A stretch of DNA of 64,000 bases from Candidatus Latescibacterota bacterium (GTDB lineage Bacteria > Latescibacterota > UBA2968), in assembly GCA_965198115.1 (NCBI GenBank), contig OZ240241.1, positions 6,240,001-6,304,000 of the forward strand, in the 5' to 3' direction. The position numbers and the translations under genes are program-made. Positions 42,172-53,338 of this stretch are shown here, one piece after another (positions within the stretch are counted from its first letter, which is position 1; each line of letters starts with the position of its first letter). The notes beneath the pieces were generated by a model. That model saw only the letters and a program-made list of their open reading frames with translations, had not been told where the DNA came from and made no database searches.

Positions 42172-43266
42172 TCAGGAGCCAAAAGCAACGGGTGCGCCAT
42201 CGATGTAGGCCTGAGTGATGTTGATGACGAGTTGGATGTCGTCGCGGGCGTCGGCCATTGGCGTACGACAAGTGGCGTCGTTGGTGATGCAGTCGTGGAA
42301 GTGTTCGAGTTCGCGCACGAAGGGGCTGGCCCAATCGATCGCGGGTTGTTCGCTGACGTGTCGGCCATTCGAGTCGATGTGTTGGAGTGTGACCGTCGAC
42401 AGTTGTCCACGAGAGAATCCGGTCGGGTAGGTCAGGATGACGCGGCGATCGTCGCCGTAGATCTCGAGTGTCTCCTTGAAATCCCAGAGATCTGGCAAGT
42501 CGACCCAAGAGGCGATGCAACGGGCACCGGAAGGGTATTCCATATTCGTGGAGACCGCTCGACCATCTTGCCAAGCATCGGTGCTGACAATACGCGATGG
42601 ATTACCGAAGAGAAGACGAAGACCGTAGAGGTCGTGAATCATGCTTCCGGAAAGCGTGAAGAAGATCCGTTGTGCTTCTGGCGGCACGTCATCGCCCATT
42701 GCCTGCTTGAAGGCGGCATCACGTGCATTCGAAGACGCCTCTCCCGCTTCGGGCGGCAAATCGCCGAACCGCTCGATGTGGAATTGAGCCAGGTGCAGGT
42801 TGTTGTTCGGATGGAGATGATTGACCTGTACGAAGGCCGGGTCCCAGCCTTGGGTTGCTTCGGCGGTCACCTCGAATGCGGGGTCGTAAACTTTCATATA
42901 GCCGGTTTGGGCGACGACGTTGGCGGCTTCTGCCGCATCGGTGATCGATTGGGCTTCCTCTTTCGAGAAGCAGACCGGTTTCTCGATGAACATATGCTTT
43001 CCGGCGCCGAGAGACGCGAGTGCGATTTCCGTTTTGGGGTCGCGATGGCAGAGGAGGACGGCGTCGACGTCCCCATCGAGGAGTTCCCGATAGTCGGTCG
43101 TGTGATGGGGGACGTTGTATTTGTTCGCGACGTACTGCGCGGCGCCGGTGCTGACGTCGCACGTCCACGTGACTTCGAACCGATGCTGCAGGTCGTGCAG
43201 ATTGGGCATATGCTGGACCTGTGCGATGGCCCCGCAACCGACGATACCGATTTTAATTCGCTTCAT
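42172..43266 (-). CDS. Gfo/Idh/MocA oxidoreductase
   Basis: GIVGCGAIA, GKHMFIEKP, GYMKVYDP, IHD. Confidence 0.92.
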   Translation of the reverse strand: MKRIKIGIVGCGAIAQVQHMPNLHDLQHRFEVTWTCDVSTGAAQYVANKYNVPHHTTDYRELLDGDVDAVLLCHRDPKTEIALASLGAGKHMFIEKPVCFSKEEAQSITDAAEAANVVAQTGYMKVYDPAFEVTAEATQGWDPAFVQVNHLHPNNNLHLAQFHIERFGDLPPEAGEASSNARDAAFKQAMGDDVPPEAQRIFFTLSGSMIHDLYGLRLLFGNPSRIVSTDAWQDGRAVSTNMEYPSGARCIASWVDLPDLWDFKETLEIYGDDRRVILTYPTGFSRGQLSTVTLQHIDSNGRHVSEQPAIDWASPFVRELEHFHDCITNDATCRTPMADARDDIQLVINITQAYIDGAPVAFGS

Positions 43267-43285
43267 GATGCCCTTTCGGGAAAGC

Positions 43286-43349
43286 AACCACAGAGCACAC
43301 TGAGCACACGGAGGGTTTGGGGACACCTAGCATCCAGGACCTATCGGGG
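43286..43349 (-). repeat. ~65-bp upstream element, copy 5
   Basis: AACCACAGAGCACACTGAGCACACGGAGGG...GCATCCAGGACCTATCGGG. Confidence 0.8.
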
Positions 43350-43504
43350 AAACATTCCCGGTGAACCTGGACGTTGGAGAAGGCGCCACTGAGAACACTG
43401 AGGTCTATTGTTTGTGCAAACCGGTAACCACCGTCACACGGAGCGGAAGCCTGCCCCGAACGAACGTGAGGGGAAGTGTCGGTCATAGAAACAGGAAATG
43501 GCAC

Positions 43505-44134
43505 CTATTCTGACTGTAGCGTAGGTGCCAGATCGTTCCAGCTGTCGCTGAGTTCGGACAGGTTACGTTGGACCTGGTAGAGCTGATGCCACATCTCGTT
43601 GCGGGTCGCTTCGTCGTGGTCCTCGGACGAGCCCAGGGCATCGAGTGCGTCACGATGGGTTGCCACGAGGGCCTCGGCGGCTTGCGCGAAGGCGTCGACG
43701 TTGACACGATGTCTCTCGATTCGATCGACGCGAGAGACTGAGGGATCGAGTTCGACATCGTAGCTGCCGTGGGGTGAGAATCGAATCGGCTTCGCTTCAC
43801 CATCCTGCGTTCGACCCGTGTGTGTCGGCATGACGTGGGGTGTGACCGAAAGGTAGAGAATGACGGGATCGTCTCCGATGACACGGACGGCGTGAGGCTG
43901 GTCCCTCAATGCGAAGCAGAGCTGCCCCGGTTCCAGGATCTGCGTCTCCCCATCGATCTCGAACTCCATCTTTCCCTGAAAGATGAGAAACACCTCGTGA
44001 CCGAGGTCGTGGCTGTGCCTGCTGTTGAACTCGCTCCCTGGCTCCATTCGCATAATGCGCGCGCGAATCTCGGGGGTGACGAGGAGGTTCTTAACGTGTT
44101 CAGGATTGCGGAAATCGTATACAGGGAATGCCAT
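43505..44134 (-). CDS. Cupin domain protein with helical C-terminal extension
   Basis: HSHD..HEVF...G..F..DG...PG......PH. Confidence 0.85.
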   Translation of the reverse strand: MAFPVYDFRNPEHVKNLLVTPEIRARIMRMEPGSEFNSRHSHDLGHEVFLIFQGKMEFEIDGETQILEPGQLCFALRDQPHAVRVIGDDPVILYLSVTPHVMPTHTGRTQDGEAKPIRFSPHGSYDVELDPSVSRVDRIERHRVNVDAFAQAAEALVATHRDALDALGSSEDHDEATRNEMWHQLYQVQRNLSELSDSWNDLAPTLQSE

Positions 44135-44344
44135 CGGAAATCCTCCGAAAACAATAAACACGAAGACGCGAAGTCGCGAAGACACCTATGAGGCAAGTGA
44201 AAGACGTTCCCTAGCTTGTTTGCCCAGGTCACAAGGAAGTCCGGCCTGTTCAGTTATCCTTCTCATTCACTCGTGAAGGAGAAGTGCCGGGTCTTCTCGA
44301 TTTACCCCGTCTTCCTTCGTGTCTTCGTGCCTTCGTGTTGCTTT

Positions 44345-44659
44345 TCAGGTGTTTGCGCGGATCCAATCGAGATACGGTGGGTAGCCGCGATCGATTGGGA
44401 AGGCGACGATGTCGGGTACGTCGTAACTGTGTAAAGTCTTGATGCGCTGGATCAAAGCGTCGACGCGGCCAGCGTGCGTCTTGAGGACGACTGCAGCCTC
44501 GGATTCGTCTTCCACGACACCTTGCCAACGATAGATCGAACGAATGTGGGGAATGATGTTTCCACACGCCGCGAGGTGTTCATCGACGACAGCGCTCGTG
44601 ATGGTGACCGCTTCCTCTTCGTTAGACGCCGTCGTATAAACGATGTAAACCTCCGACAT
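44345..44659 (-). CDS. cutA: Divalent-cation tolerance protein CutA
   Basis: LAACGN, SIYRWQG, HSYDVP, YLDWI. Confidence 0.95.
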   Translation of the reverse strand: MSEVYIVYTTASNEEEAVTITSAVVDEHLAACGNIIPHIRSIYRWQGVVEDESEAAVVLKTHAGRVDALIQRIKTLHSYDVPDIVAFPIDRGYPPYLDWIRANT

Positions 44660-45141
44660 CAGTCCACGGCCTCGAGTTCCTCGCGCAAGGCGCGCAGTCG
44701 ATCCGTCATTCTAGCGTGATGTGATCCTGACCAGTAGACGCGATTGCAATCGGGACAGCGATGAAATTTGTCGTGGGTCTTGAGCACGTGCGGCGGTACG
44801 ACCGCTGCGACATTTTTGGGCAACACTTCCTCGATAGGCGCGTTACAGAGCAGACATCGCGTGAAGGTTTCTCGTTCGAGGTCAAGACCGATCGTTTTAA
44901 CGAGTTGCCCGATCTGTCGTTCGAGTTGCTTTTCTCCGAGATAGACGCAGTGGACCCGTGCCGTGCGTTCCGAAAGAGGACGGTCGGCCGTGAGCAGGAT
45001 GCGACGCTCCCTGCGACAAAGATCGAGCAGGTGGTCATCGGCGATGTAGGAGAAGTAGGTGGTGTCGTATCCGAGAATGCGAAGCCAGCGGGCAAGCATC
45101 CCGAGCATACAGTCAGCCGCGAATCTTGGCTCTTCGGTCAC
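44659..45141 (-). CDS. Mut7-C RNase (PIN-like) domain protein
   Basis: DCMLGMLARWLRILGYD, RCLLCN, CPDCNRVYWSGSH. Confidence 0.9.
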   Translation of the reverse strand: MTEEPRFAADCMLGMLARWLRILGYDTTYFSYIADDHLLDLCRRERRILLTADRPLSERTARVHCVYLGEKQLERQIGQLVKTIGLDLERETFTRCLLCNAPIEEVLPKNVAAVVPPHVLKTHDKFHRCPDCNRVYWSGSHHARMTDRLRALREELEAVD

Positions 45142-45270
45142 TATAAACCTGTCATCCCGTGAAGATGAATTCGAAGAAAGGCCTGGGAAAACCGACGGGA
45201 TCAAACTAAGGTTGAGTGTAATCGCCGCAATATATCCCGCGCTGGACGGACGAGAAAGCGCAATCCCACA

Positions 45271-46332
45271 GTGAACGAGATGTCACGATTCGAAACAGCC
45301 GAAGCCGTCCTGAAACGACACGTCGAGGCGCGATCAACGCCTGCTGCCGCTGCTGCCGTCGTTTCGAAAGGCGAAGTCGTGTGGACGACCGCAGTCGGTC
45401 GCCATACCTATGACGAGGATGCTAGGTTTACGCAGGTCGACGATTTGTTCGATCTGGCGTCGTTGACGAAGGTGGTGGCGACGGCCACGATCTGCGCAAT
45501 GCTGGTGGATGATGGGGGGCTCGACCTCGACCAACCCGTCGATAGGACGATCCCCGAATTCGCTGGCGAGGGAAAGGATGCCGTCACGCCTCGCCATTTG
45601 CTGTCGCATAGCAGTGGGATGCCCGCGCACGTTCATCTCTACGACGCGCTGCGAAACAGGGGGGAGATCGTGGATGCTGCGATCGCCCTGGAACTCGAGT
45701 ATGGGCCCGGATCAGCGTCGATCTACAGCGATATGGGCTATCTGGTTTTGGGTGAGATGATCGAGCGACTCTGTGGGGCGACGTTGGACGTGCCCTGCCG
45801 AGCGCGTGTGACGGAAACGATGGCGCTGGCCGACACGACGTATAATCCAGAGGTCGGCCAGGATCGAATCGTGCCAACAGAAGTCGATGGCGCAATTCGG
45901 TATTGTTTAGTGCACGGAGAGGTGCACGACGAGAATGCGTGGGCGATGGGGGGTGTCGCGCCGCACGCGGGGTTGTTTTCGAACGTGGCTGATCTGGGAC
46001 GATTCGTTCGGATGTGGTTGGGGAAGGGCGAGATCGACGGACAGCGGATTCTGTCGGAGACGGTCGTCGATCTGTTCACAACGAAAGACGGGACGGTGGA
46101 TACGTGGGCGTTGGGGTGGGATACGATTTCGCCAGACGGGAGTACGTCCGGGCGTCACTTCACGCCCACCTCTTTTGGCATCCTTGGGTTTACAGGGACG
46201 TCGCTCTGGGTGGATCCCGTACGAGATGTGGGAGTGGTGCTATTGACGAATCGCGTGCATCCCACACGAGACAGCGAGGGGATCAAGCGGCTGCGGCCGG
46301 AGTTTCACGATGCAGTGAGCGAAGGGCTATAG
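45271..46332 (+). CDS. Serine hydrolase, beta-lactamase family
   Basis: FDLASLTK (SxxK), YSDMGY, VHDENA, HAGLFS, GFTGT, LLTNR. Confidence 0.92.
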   Translation: MNEMSRFETAEAVLKRHVEARSTPAAAAAVVSKGEVVWTTAVGRHTYDEDARFTQVDDLFDLASLTKVVATATICAMLVDDGGLDLDQPVDRTIPEFAGEGKDAVTPRHLLSHSSGMPAHVHLYDALRNRGEIVDAAIALELEYGPGSASIYSDMGYLVLGEMIERLCGATLDVPCRARVTETMALADTTYNPEVGQDRIVPTEVDGAIRYCLVHGEVHDENAWAMGGVAPHAGLFSNVADLGRFVRMWLGKGEIDGQRILSETVVDLFTTKDGTVDTWALGWDTISPDGSTSGRHFTPTSFGILGFTGTSLWVDPVRDVGVVLLTNRVHPTRDSEGIKRLRPEFHDAVSEGL

Positions 46333-46451
46333 GAACCTTGCGTGGCGGCTTGCGGTCTGACTGCAGTACAGCCACAGAACACCTTGTTTATCCCCATTTG
46401 ACAGTTGAGTTTTCGTGCTCGTAGCAGCACACAAACACGGGTGAGGATTCG

Positions 46452-48984
46452 ATGCGGACCGACCGCACAACAGCGCTGCCGCCGTTCTTCACTCAGGTCA
46501 TCGGCTCGCTGCCGCGGCCACGGGTGGTGCGCGACCTGATCGATCGGCGTGAGGCCATTCCGGCGACAGAGTATCGGCGGCTGATGGACGAGATGGTGAT
46601 TTTTGCCATTCGGTTGCAGGAACAGGCTGGCCTCGATGTCATCAGCGACGGGGAATGGCGGCGGGTGCACTACCTCGATGAATTCCTGCTGCGGGTAGGT
46701 GGCCACGAGAAGGTTCGATCGTTCGAGCACCAGGGTGAAAAAAGGGCTATATCCGGATCTCTCAACGAGATGAAGTGGGTGAAGGTGCCGTGGTTCCTGG
46801 CATGGGGGCGCGGTTAGAGTGTGCGGAACCTCTTCGGAATCTGCTCAGGGATGTTTATGTCTCCGACGGTAAGGAAGATCATATCGTTGAATGCGTCGAG
46901 TGTGCGGAATCCGCTGGCTCGGTTCTTGACGATTTGGACGATTCGGTTGAGGCCTTCGGCGATGGCGTTGGTAAGACGCGTGTTCACGAATGCGAGGACG
47001 CCGAAGAAGTGCTGTCGCAGGGTCCTGACGAACTTTCGCAGGGGTTCAAGTCGACTTCTGAGTGCGGACGTCGTCCAGCATTTCAGGAAGCGTTCGGCAG
47101 CCCAGGGCGCTTTGTATTCCCAGAACTGCTCGAACTCGTCCTTGAGTCTCCAGGCTCTATAGATTCGGTAGTTCGCCTTCTCCAGTGCTTTGAGTGTCCG
47201 AGTATCCCCTCTGGAGCGTGTCGCTGAGTGCCGGTAGAGGAGCCATCGGAGGCCCTTCATGGCTTTGCGCTCATCCGGGGCAGCTTTACGCCACTGGTCC
47301 TTACGGACCTCGTCAACGGCGGCATTGAGAGCCTTGACGATGTGAAAGCGATCGAGGACCAGCTTGGCATTCGGACAGTGTTCCTGGATGGCTCCGATGT
47401 AAGCTTCGCTCATGTCGCAGCAGGCCCACTCGATCTTGGATCTCCGGTAGGGACTGAGAGCCTCTGTGAAGAACCGATCGATCGTTTTACGCGCCCTGCC
47501 GCGGCCAACCCACACCACGCAGGAGCGGTCCAGATCGTAAACGAGCGTGGCGTACCTGTGACGCTTGGCGTAGGAGATCTCGTCGATCCCGATGGTTTTG
47601 AGCCCTCGGATACGATGACCTTCACGAAGCCGCGTGATGGATCGGTGAAGGAGATCCGACAGCGTCGAGGCAGAGATGCGCAGTAACTCGGACGCCGCCT
47701 TCTGCGTCATGGTCTGGCAGTAGCGCAGCATGGCATACTCGAAGCGATACGTCACCCGAGAGAACCGCTCCGCCCACGGAATCTCCTCGACCACACGACC
47801 GTGGGTAGGACACCGAATCTCCCGAGGATGGTAGAGAAGCCAGACCCTCCACCCGCACACCGGAATGTCACGCCACCGACGCGGATGGGGCATTGTGCGG
47901 ACGATTTTACCTCGACGGCCGCACTCCGGACAACAACAACCATTCTTATGTGGCTTTACGGCGATGACGAAACAGCTTCTCCCCTCAAACCACCAGCTGA
48001 CAACACGGAACCCCTTGAATCTCAGCAGTTTCGATAGTAATCTGCTCCCGGTCATAGGTCGCACCCCCTTCGCTTTGATTGTCCTACACACACAACCAAG
48101 CGTAGGGAACGATCTATGACCTTGTCATTCTATAGTTTCACCGTTGAGAAACCCGGATAGAGCCAAAAAAAGGTTACGACGGTTGTCACCGGCCGTATGC
48201 AGGGTGGGGCTCCGCTCTTCGTCGAGGAGGGGAATTCCTCGTCGAGCACACGAAGCGCTGCACCAAATACGCTTTGCCGGCCCCGTTTCTGCTTGCGATC
48301 CGTAAATGGGACGAGGAATACAGCAGCGACGCCTACCCGACGATGGAACACTACATCGAGCACGTCACGGAGCTGCTGGCAGCGGAGGCGACGGCGCTGG
48401 CTCAGACCGGCGTCGACATCATTCAACTCGACGATCCGGCGCTGACCTATCTATGCGATCGTCGATTGATGGGTGGGGAGGAAACTCACGACGATCGTCC
48501 TCGGCGCGAATGGGACATCGAGCGTCAGGTGCCGATGGCCCTTGACGCGGTCAATCAGATCGCTGCTGAGCTGCGGGTCGAGGTGCACCTGCATTGCTGT
48601 CACAGTGTTTACAAGAGGCAGAGCGACGTGACCGGCGATTACAAACCGATCATGCCCTTCCTGAAGGATGCACGGATCGACCGTGTCAACCTGGAGTTCG
48701 CGTATCACGGCACCGGCGAGGCCAGTGACCTGGCGTTGCTCCCGGATGGGATCGACGTCGGTATGGGTGTTGTGGATGTGCGTACGGAACAGATTCAGGC
48801 GGTCGAGGATATTGAGGAAATCGGCGCGGCCGGTGCTGCGATTGTCGAGCCAGCCCGGATCGCATTGAACCCCGACTGTGGGTTTGCGCCGGATTACGGT
48901 GAACCGCCGAGTATCGACGAGGCATACGAAAAGCTTTGTCGCCTAACGGAGGCGGCCGGGCGTCTTCGGCAACGTTTTGCCTGA
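46452..48984 (+). pseudogene. Cobalamin-independent methionine synthase II family gene interrupted by ISL3
   Basis: IGSLPRP and QEQAGLDVISDGE before the IS; IQLDDP, HLHCC and NPDCG after it. Confidence 0.88.
46745..48164 (-). mobile_element. ISL3-family element, copy 3 (transposase 48091-46814)
   Basis: Same IRs as copies 1 and 2; flanked by A6G and A7G. Confidence 0.95.
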
Positions 48985-49131
48985 CAGCGCCTTCGGGGTG
49001 AGCACGAGGGCGAGCGCGTAATTCTCAATTTTTTAGAGACAATGCGTTGCCCTCGTCGCTGTGCTGTGCGCAGGGATGCTGTGAAGTAACACCAAAAGTG
49101 TCGACGTCGATAGTTTTGTGGAAACGTAGAT

Positions 49132-49166
49132 AAAAAGGGCAATCCCACGTGAGGATTGCCCTTTTT
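49132..49166. terminator. Bidirectional intrinsic terminator
   Basis: AAAAAGGGCAATCC-CACGTGA-GGATTGCCCTTTTT between convergent genes. Confidence 0.85.
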
Positions 49167-49185
49167 GATGGTTTCTATAGCTGTC

Positions 49186-51351
49186 TTATGATGAAGCTTT
49201 GATCTCGCGCCGGCGGCGGTGGAGAACGGGCTCGGTGTAGCCGTTGGCGACGGATCGACCTTCGAAGACGAGGTCGAGTGCGGCCTGAAAGGCGATGCCG
49301 TCGAAACCGGGCGCCATCTTCGTGTAGACGGGATCGCCGGCGTTCTGGTCGTCGACGACGGCGGCCATCTTTTTGAAGGTTTCGATGATCTGATCGCGGT
49401 TGGTGAGGCCGTGGTGAAGCCAGTTGGCGATGTGCTGGCTGGAGATGCGAAGCGTGGCGCGGTCTTCCATCAGGCCGACGTCGTTGATGTCGGGAACCTT
49501 GGAACAGCCGACGCCCTGGTCGACCCAGCGAACGACGTAGCCGAGGATGCCCTGGGCATTGTTGTCGAGCTCGCGCTGAATGTCATCGGCGCTGAGGTCG
49601 CGGTCGAGCAACGGGGGCGTGAGGATATCATCCAGGCTGGCGCGACCGCGTGAGGCGAGGGCCTGCTGGCGTTCGCTGACGTTGATCTGGTGATAGTGCA
49701 TCGCGTGGAGTGTCGCGGCAGTTGGCGAAGGGACCCACGCGCAGGCCGCGCCCGAGGTGGGATGGCCTCCCTTGGTGTCGACCATATCCTTCATCAGGTC
49801 GGGCATCGCCCACATTCCCTTGCCGATTTGGCCGTGGCCGGGGAGGGCGACTTCGAGACCGACATCGACGTTCCAGTCTTCGTAGGCGGTCATGAACTTC
49901 TGACCTTTGATTTCCGGCTTGGGCAACATTGGACCGGCCTCGACGCTGGTATGGATCTCGTCGCCCGTGCGATCGAGGAAGCCGGTGTTGATGAAGATGA
50001 TCCGATCGCGTGCTTCGTGAATGGCGGGTTTGAGGTTGATGGTGGTGCGTCGCTCTTCGTCCATAATGCCGATCTTGATGGTGTTTGGCTCGAGACCGAG
50101 GACCTGTTCGACGCGTCCGAAGAGTTCAACAGTGGCGGCGACTTCCTCTGGGCCGTGCATTTTCGGTTTGACGATGTAGACGCTGCCGGATCGGCTGTTG
50201 GTGACAGAGCCGGTTTGCTTCAGGTCGTGGATGGCGCCGAGGACGGTGATCATCGCGTCGAGGAAGCCTTCGGGGATCTCTTCGCCGTCGGTGGTGGTCA
50301 CCGCATCGGTGTACATATGAATGCCGACGTTGCGAACGAGCAAAGTACTCCGGCCGGGCAAAACGAGGTCGGATCCGTCGGGCGCAGTGAACACTTTATC
50401 GGGGTTGAGCCGGCGGGTGATGGTCTGCCCACCCTTTTCCAGCGTGGTCTCGAGACTTCCCTTCATAATACCAGTCCAGTTGCTATAGACGAGCGCCTTG
50501 TCTTCGGCGTCGACGGCTGAAACGGAGTCTTCGCAGTCCTGGATGGTGGTGACGGCCGCCTCGAGGATGACGTCCTTGACGCCGGCTGGATGGACCTTGC
50601 CGACGGGATGATCTGCGTCGATCTGGATCTCGACGTGGAGTCCGTTGTTGACGAATAGGATACTCGAAGGACTGTCGGGTGGTCCTGTGTGTCCGGCAAA
50701 TTGAGCCGGGTCTTTCAGCCCGTTGTTCGATCCGTCCGAGAGAGTGATCTTGAGTGCGCCCGAGGCGACGGCGTAGCCTGTGGCGTCACCGTGAGAGCCG
50801 GAGGCAAGCGGTGCGGTCGCGTCGAGGAAATCGGAAGACGTGTCGACGACTTTCTGACCTCGTAGCGGGTTGTAGCTCGTTCCTTTCTCTGCACCGTCGT
50901 CCTCAGGGATGACGTCGGTCCCGTAGAGGGCGTCGTAGAGGCTGCCCCATCGGGCGTTGGCGGCGTTCAGGGCGTATCGGGCGTTGTCGACCGGGACGAC
51001 GAGCTGGGGTCCGGCGATCTCACCGATTTCGGGGTCGACGTTGGCAGTCGTGACCTCGAAGTGATCGCCTTCGGACACGAGGTAGCCGACATCGTAGAGG
51101 AAGCTCTTGTAGTCTTCGGGATCGATGTCGCCGTCTTTGTTTTCGAGATACCAGGCGTCGAGCTGTGCCTGGAGGTCGTCGCGTTTTTTGAGCAGCGCTC
51201 GGTTCTTCGGAGCCAGGTCTTGCACGATCCCGTCCAGCCCTTGCCAGACTGAATCGGGGTTGACACCCGTGCCGGGTGCGATTTCATCTTTGACCACGTC
51301 GTGGAGGAGTTTGTGGACTTTGAGTCCACCGATTTCGATGTAGTCGGACAC
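49186..51351 (-). CDS. glcB: Malate synthase G
   Basis: 721 aa; [59 protein letters not shown]. Confidence 0.97.
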   Translation of the reverse strand: MSDYIEIGGLKVHKLLHDVVKDEIAPGTGVNPDSVWQGLDGIVQDLAPKNRALLKKRDDLQAQLDAWYLENKDGDIDPEDYKSFLYDVGYLVSEGDHFEVTTANVDPEIGEIAGPQLVVPVDNARYALNAANARWGSLYDALYGTDVIPEDDGAEKGTSYNPLRGQKVVDTSSDFLDATAPLASGSHGDATGYAVASGALKITLSDGSNNGLKDPAQFAGHTGPPDSPSSILFVNNGLHVEIQIDADHPVGKVHPAGVKDVILEAAVTTIQDCEDSVSAVDAEDKALVYSNWTGIMKGSLETTLEKGGQTITRRLNPDKVFTAPDGSDLVLPGRSTLLVRNVGIHMYTDAVTTTDGEEIPEGFLDAMITVLGAIHDLKQTGSVTNSRSGSVYIVKPKMHGPEEVAATVELFGRVEQVLGLEPNTIKIGIMDEERRTTINLKPAIHEARDRIIFINTGFLDRTGDEIHTSVEAGPMLPKPEIKGQKFMTAYEDWNVDVGLEVALPGHGQIGKGMWAMPDLMKDMVDTKGGHPTSGAACAWVPSPTAATLHAMHYHQINVSERQQALASRGRASLDDILTPPLLDRDLSADDIQRELDNNAQGILGYVVRWVDQGVGCSKVPDINDVGLMEDRATLRISSQHIANWLHHGLTNRDQIIETFKKMAAVVDDQNAGDPVYTKMAPGFDGIAFQAALDLVFEGRSVANGYTEPVLHRRRREIKASS

Positions 51352-51539
51352 TTTGGTTCCTTTCGCGGCTCGATGGCGCGGCGAGGGTGCCGCGAGTGTT
51401 CAGTGTTCGGGAAGGCTAGGACAGCGTAAGATGCGGATGGCGGGCGTGCCTTTCAAGCGTAATTGCGCTGTACGTGGATCGAGGTGACAACTGAGTGGGT
51501 CGTCACCTCGTGGAAATGAAGCTGTAAGCGCCTTGATAC

Positions 51540-53045
51540 CTAGGAAGCGAAGGACTTTTGTAGAAGATCGAGGTCGAGCTCGGGGTAGAGGGGATAGTTG
51601 TCGAGGAGGTCCTTCACTTTCTGACGTGCGCCGTCTAACGCTGACTTTTCAGTCTTGTAGCGTGCTTGACTCGGTTTCCCGGTTCGTTTGACGATCATGG
51701 GTTCCGTGGCGTCGAGAACGGTTTTGAAAATGCCGGCGATTTCTTTCATTTCGTCGACGCCCATCCCGAGCGTCGTGAGTGCAGGTGTGCCGACGCGGAG
51801 TCCGCTGGTGTACCAGGCGCCGTTCGGGTCGAAGGGGATGGTGTTGCGGTTGAGTGTGACGCGGGCTTCCCGCATTGCGCCTTCGGCCTGGCGTCCGGTG
51901 ATGCCGAAGGGGCGAACGTCGACCTGGAGCAGGTGGTTGTCCGTACCGCCGGTGAGGACAACGATATCCTGATCGACCATCCCCTGGGCGAGCGCTTGCG
52001 CGTTGTCGACGATCTTTGCAGCGTAGGCGCAAAATTCGGGTGTGCTGGCTTCCTGGAAAGCGACGGCCTTGGCGGCCATCGAATGAGCGAGCGGGCCGCC
52101 GAGAACCATCGGACAGCCTTTGTCGATGTGTTCGGCGAATTCCTCGTTGCAGAGGATCATTCCGCCTCGAGGGCCCCGCAACGTTTTGTGGGTGGTGGTG
52201 GAGACGATGTGGGCGTGCGCGACGGGGTCGAAATCGTCGGTGAAGACTTTGCCCGCGACGAGGCCCGCGAAGTGGGCCATATCGACCATAAACACGGCGC
52301 CGACTTCATCGGCGATCTCTCGGAAGATGCGGAAGTTCACCTTTCGTGGGTAGGCGCTGTAGCCGGCAAGGAGGATGAGAGGGTTGACCGCTTTCGCCTG
52401 CTGGCGTATCTGGTCGTAGTCGAGGAGTCCGCTCTCTTTATTGACGGTGTAGGCGTGAGACTCGAACATCCTTCCGGACACGTTGACGCGATAGCCGTGA
52501 GTCAGGTGGCCGCCCGATGCGAGGTCGAGGCCCAGGAGGCGCTGGTTGCCGAGTTCTGCTCGCACGTCGGCCCATTTTGCGTCGTCGAGGTCGAAGGGGG
52601 ATTTGGCACCGAGTTTTTCGAGAGCGGGGTTCTCGATACGTGCGGAGAGGATCGCCCAGAAGGCGACCATATTCGCGTCGGCGCCCGAATGGGGTTGTAC
52701 GTAGGCGTGGTCGGCGCCGAATAGTTCGCACGCGAGCGAAGCGGCACGGGACTCGACGGCGTCGACGTTGTCGCAGCCGGCGTAGAAGCGATGGTCGGGA
52801 ATGCCTTCGGCGTATTTATCGGTGAGGAGGTTGCCGAGCGCGAGCTGCGTGGGCAGGGAACAGTAGTTTTCACTGGCGATCATCTTGAGGTTCGCGCGCT
52901 GGTCGGCGAGTTCCTGGATGATGGATCCGGCCACGTCGGGGATGACGCCGGCGATGGATTCGAGCGATGCGAGATAGGCGACGAACCCGGGATCGGGGGA
53001 AGGATTCGAGGCGAGATAAGCGGAAAGAGGTGACGTGTCAGCCAT
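51540..53045 (-). CDS. glyA: Serine hydroxymethyltransferase (long form)
   Basis: IASEN, KYAEG, GGHLTHG, DMAHFAGL, TTTHKTLRGPRGG, GGTDNH. Confidence 0.96.
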   Translation of the reverse strand: MADTSPLSAYLASNPSPDPGFVAYLASLESIAGVIPDVAGSIIQELADQRANLKMIASENYCSLPTQLALGNLLTDKYAEGIPDHRFYAGCDNVDAVESRAASLACELFGADHAYVQPHSGADANMVAFWAILSARIENPALEKLGAKSPFDLDDAKWADVRAELGNQRLLGLDLASGGHLTHGYRVNVSGRMFESHAYTVNKESGLLDYDQIRQQAKAVNPLILLAGYSAYPRKVNFRIFREIADEVGAVFMVDMAHFAGLVAGKVFTDDFDPVAHAHIVSTTTHKTLRGPRGGMILCNEEFAEHIDKGCPMVLGGPLAHSMAAKAVAFQEASTPEFCAYAAKIVDNAQALAQGMVDQDIVVLTGGTDNHLLQVDVRPFGITGRQAEGAMREARVTLNRNTIPFDPNGAWYTSGLRVGTPALTTLGMGVDEMKEIAGIFKTVLDATEPMIVKRTGKPSQARYKTEKSALDGARQKVKDLLDNYPLYPELDLDLLQKSFAS

Positions 53046-53338
53046 TGAGTCCTCCCAACGGGTCGGAATCGAAGGGGGAGCATACAGAAAGATCGCCCGG
53101 GCATACGAGATTTCGGTCGCCCAGGCGTTCGGCGGGGATTGGGACGGCAGTTTCCACGTGGCTCGATGTTACGCTGCCACGCTGAGGTGTGCGCCCGTTA
53201 CCATCGTCCATTCTGCGATGCGGCCTGAAAGATATCTCAATCGAAGACGATGTCAACGAGCGCGGTGTTGTGGAATCGAGCGCCTGTTGGAGATTGTCGG
53301 ATCCCAGCCGACATCGGATTCGTAGGAAGGAGACAGCA

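Noticed and set aside
41019-43349. Recurring repeats at ~1.1-kb spacing as a possible CRISPR or integron cassette array
   Set aside because: The intervals are whole metabolic genes, the repeats lack attC-type GTTRRRY/RYYYAAC ends and palindromy, and no cas or intI gene is present
45271-46332. Antibiotic-resistance beta-lactamase
   Set aside because: Motifs fit the broad esterase/AmiE-like serine hydrolase group; no signal peptide or mobile context
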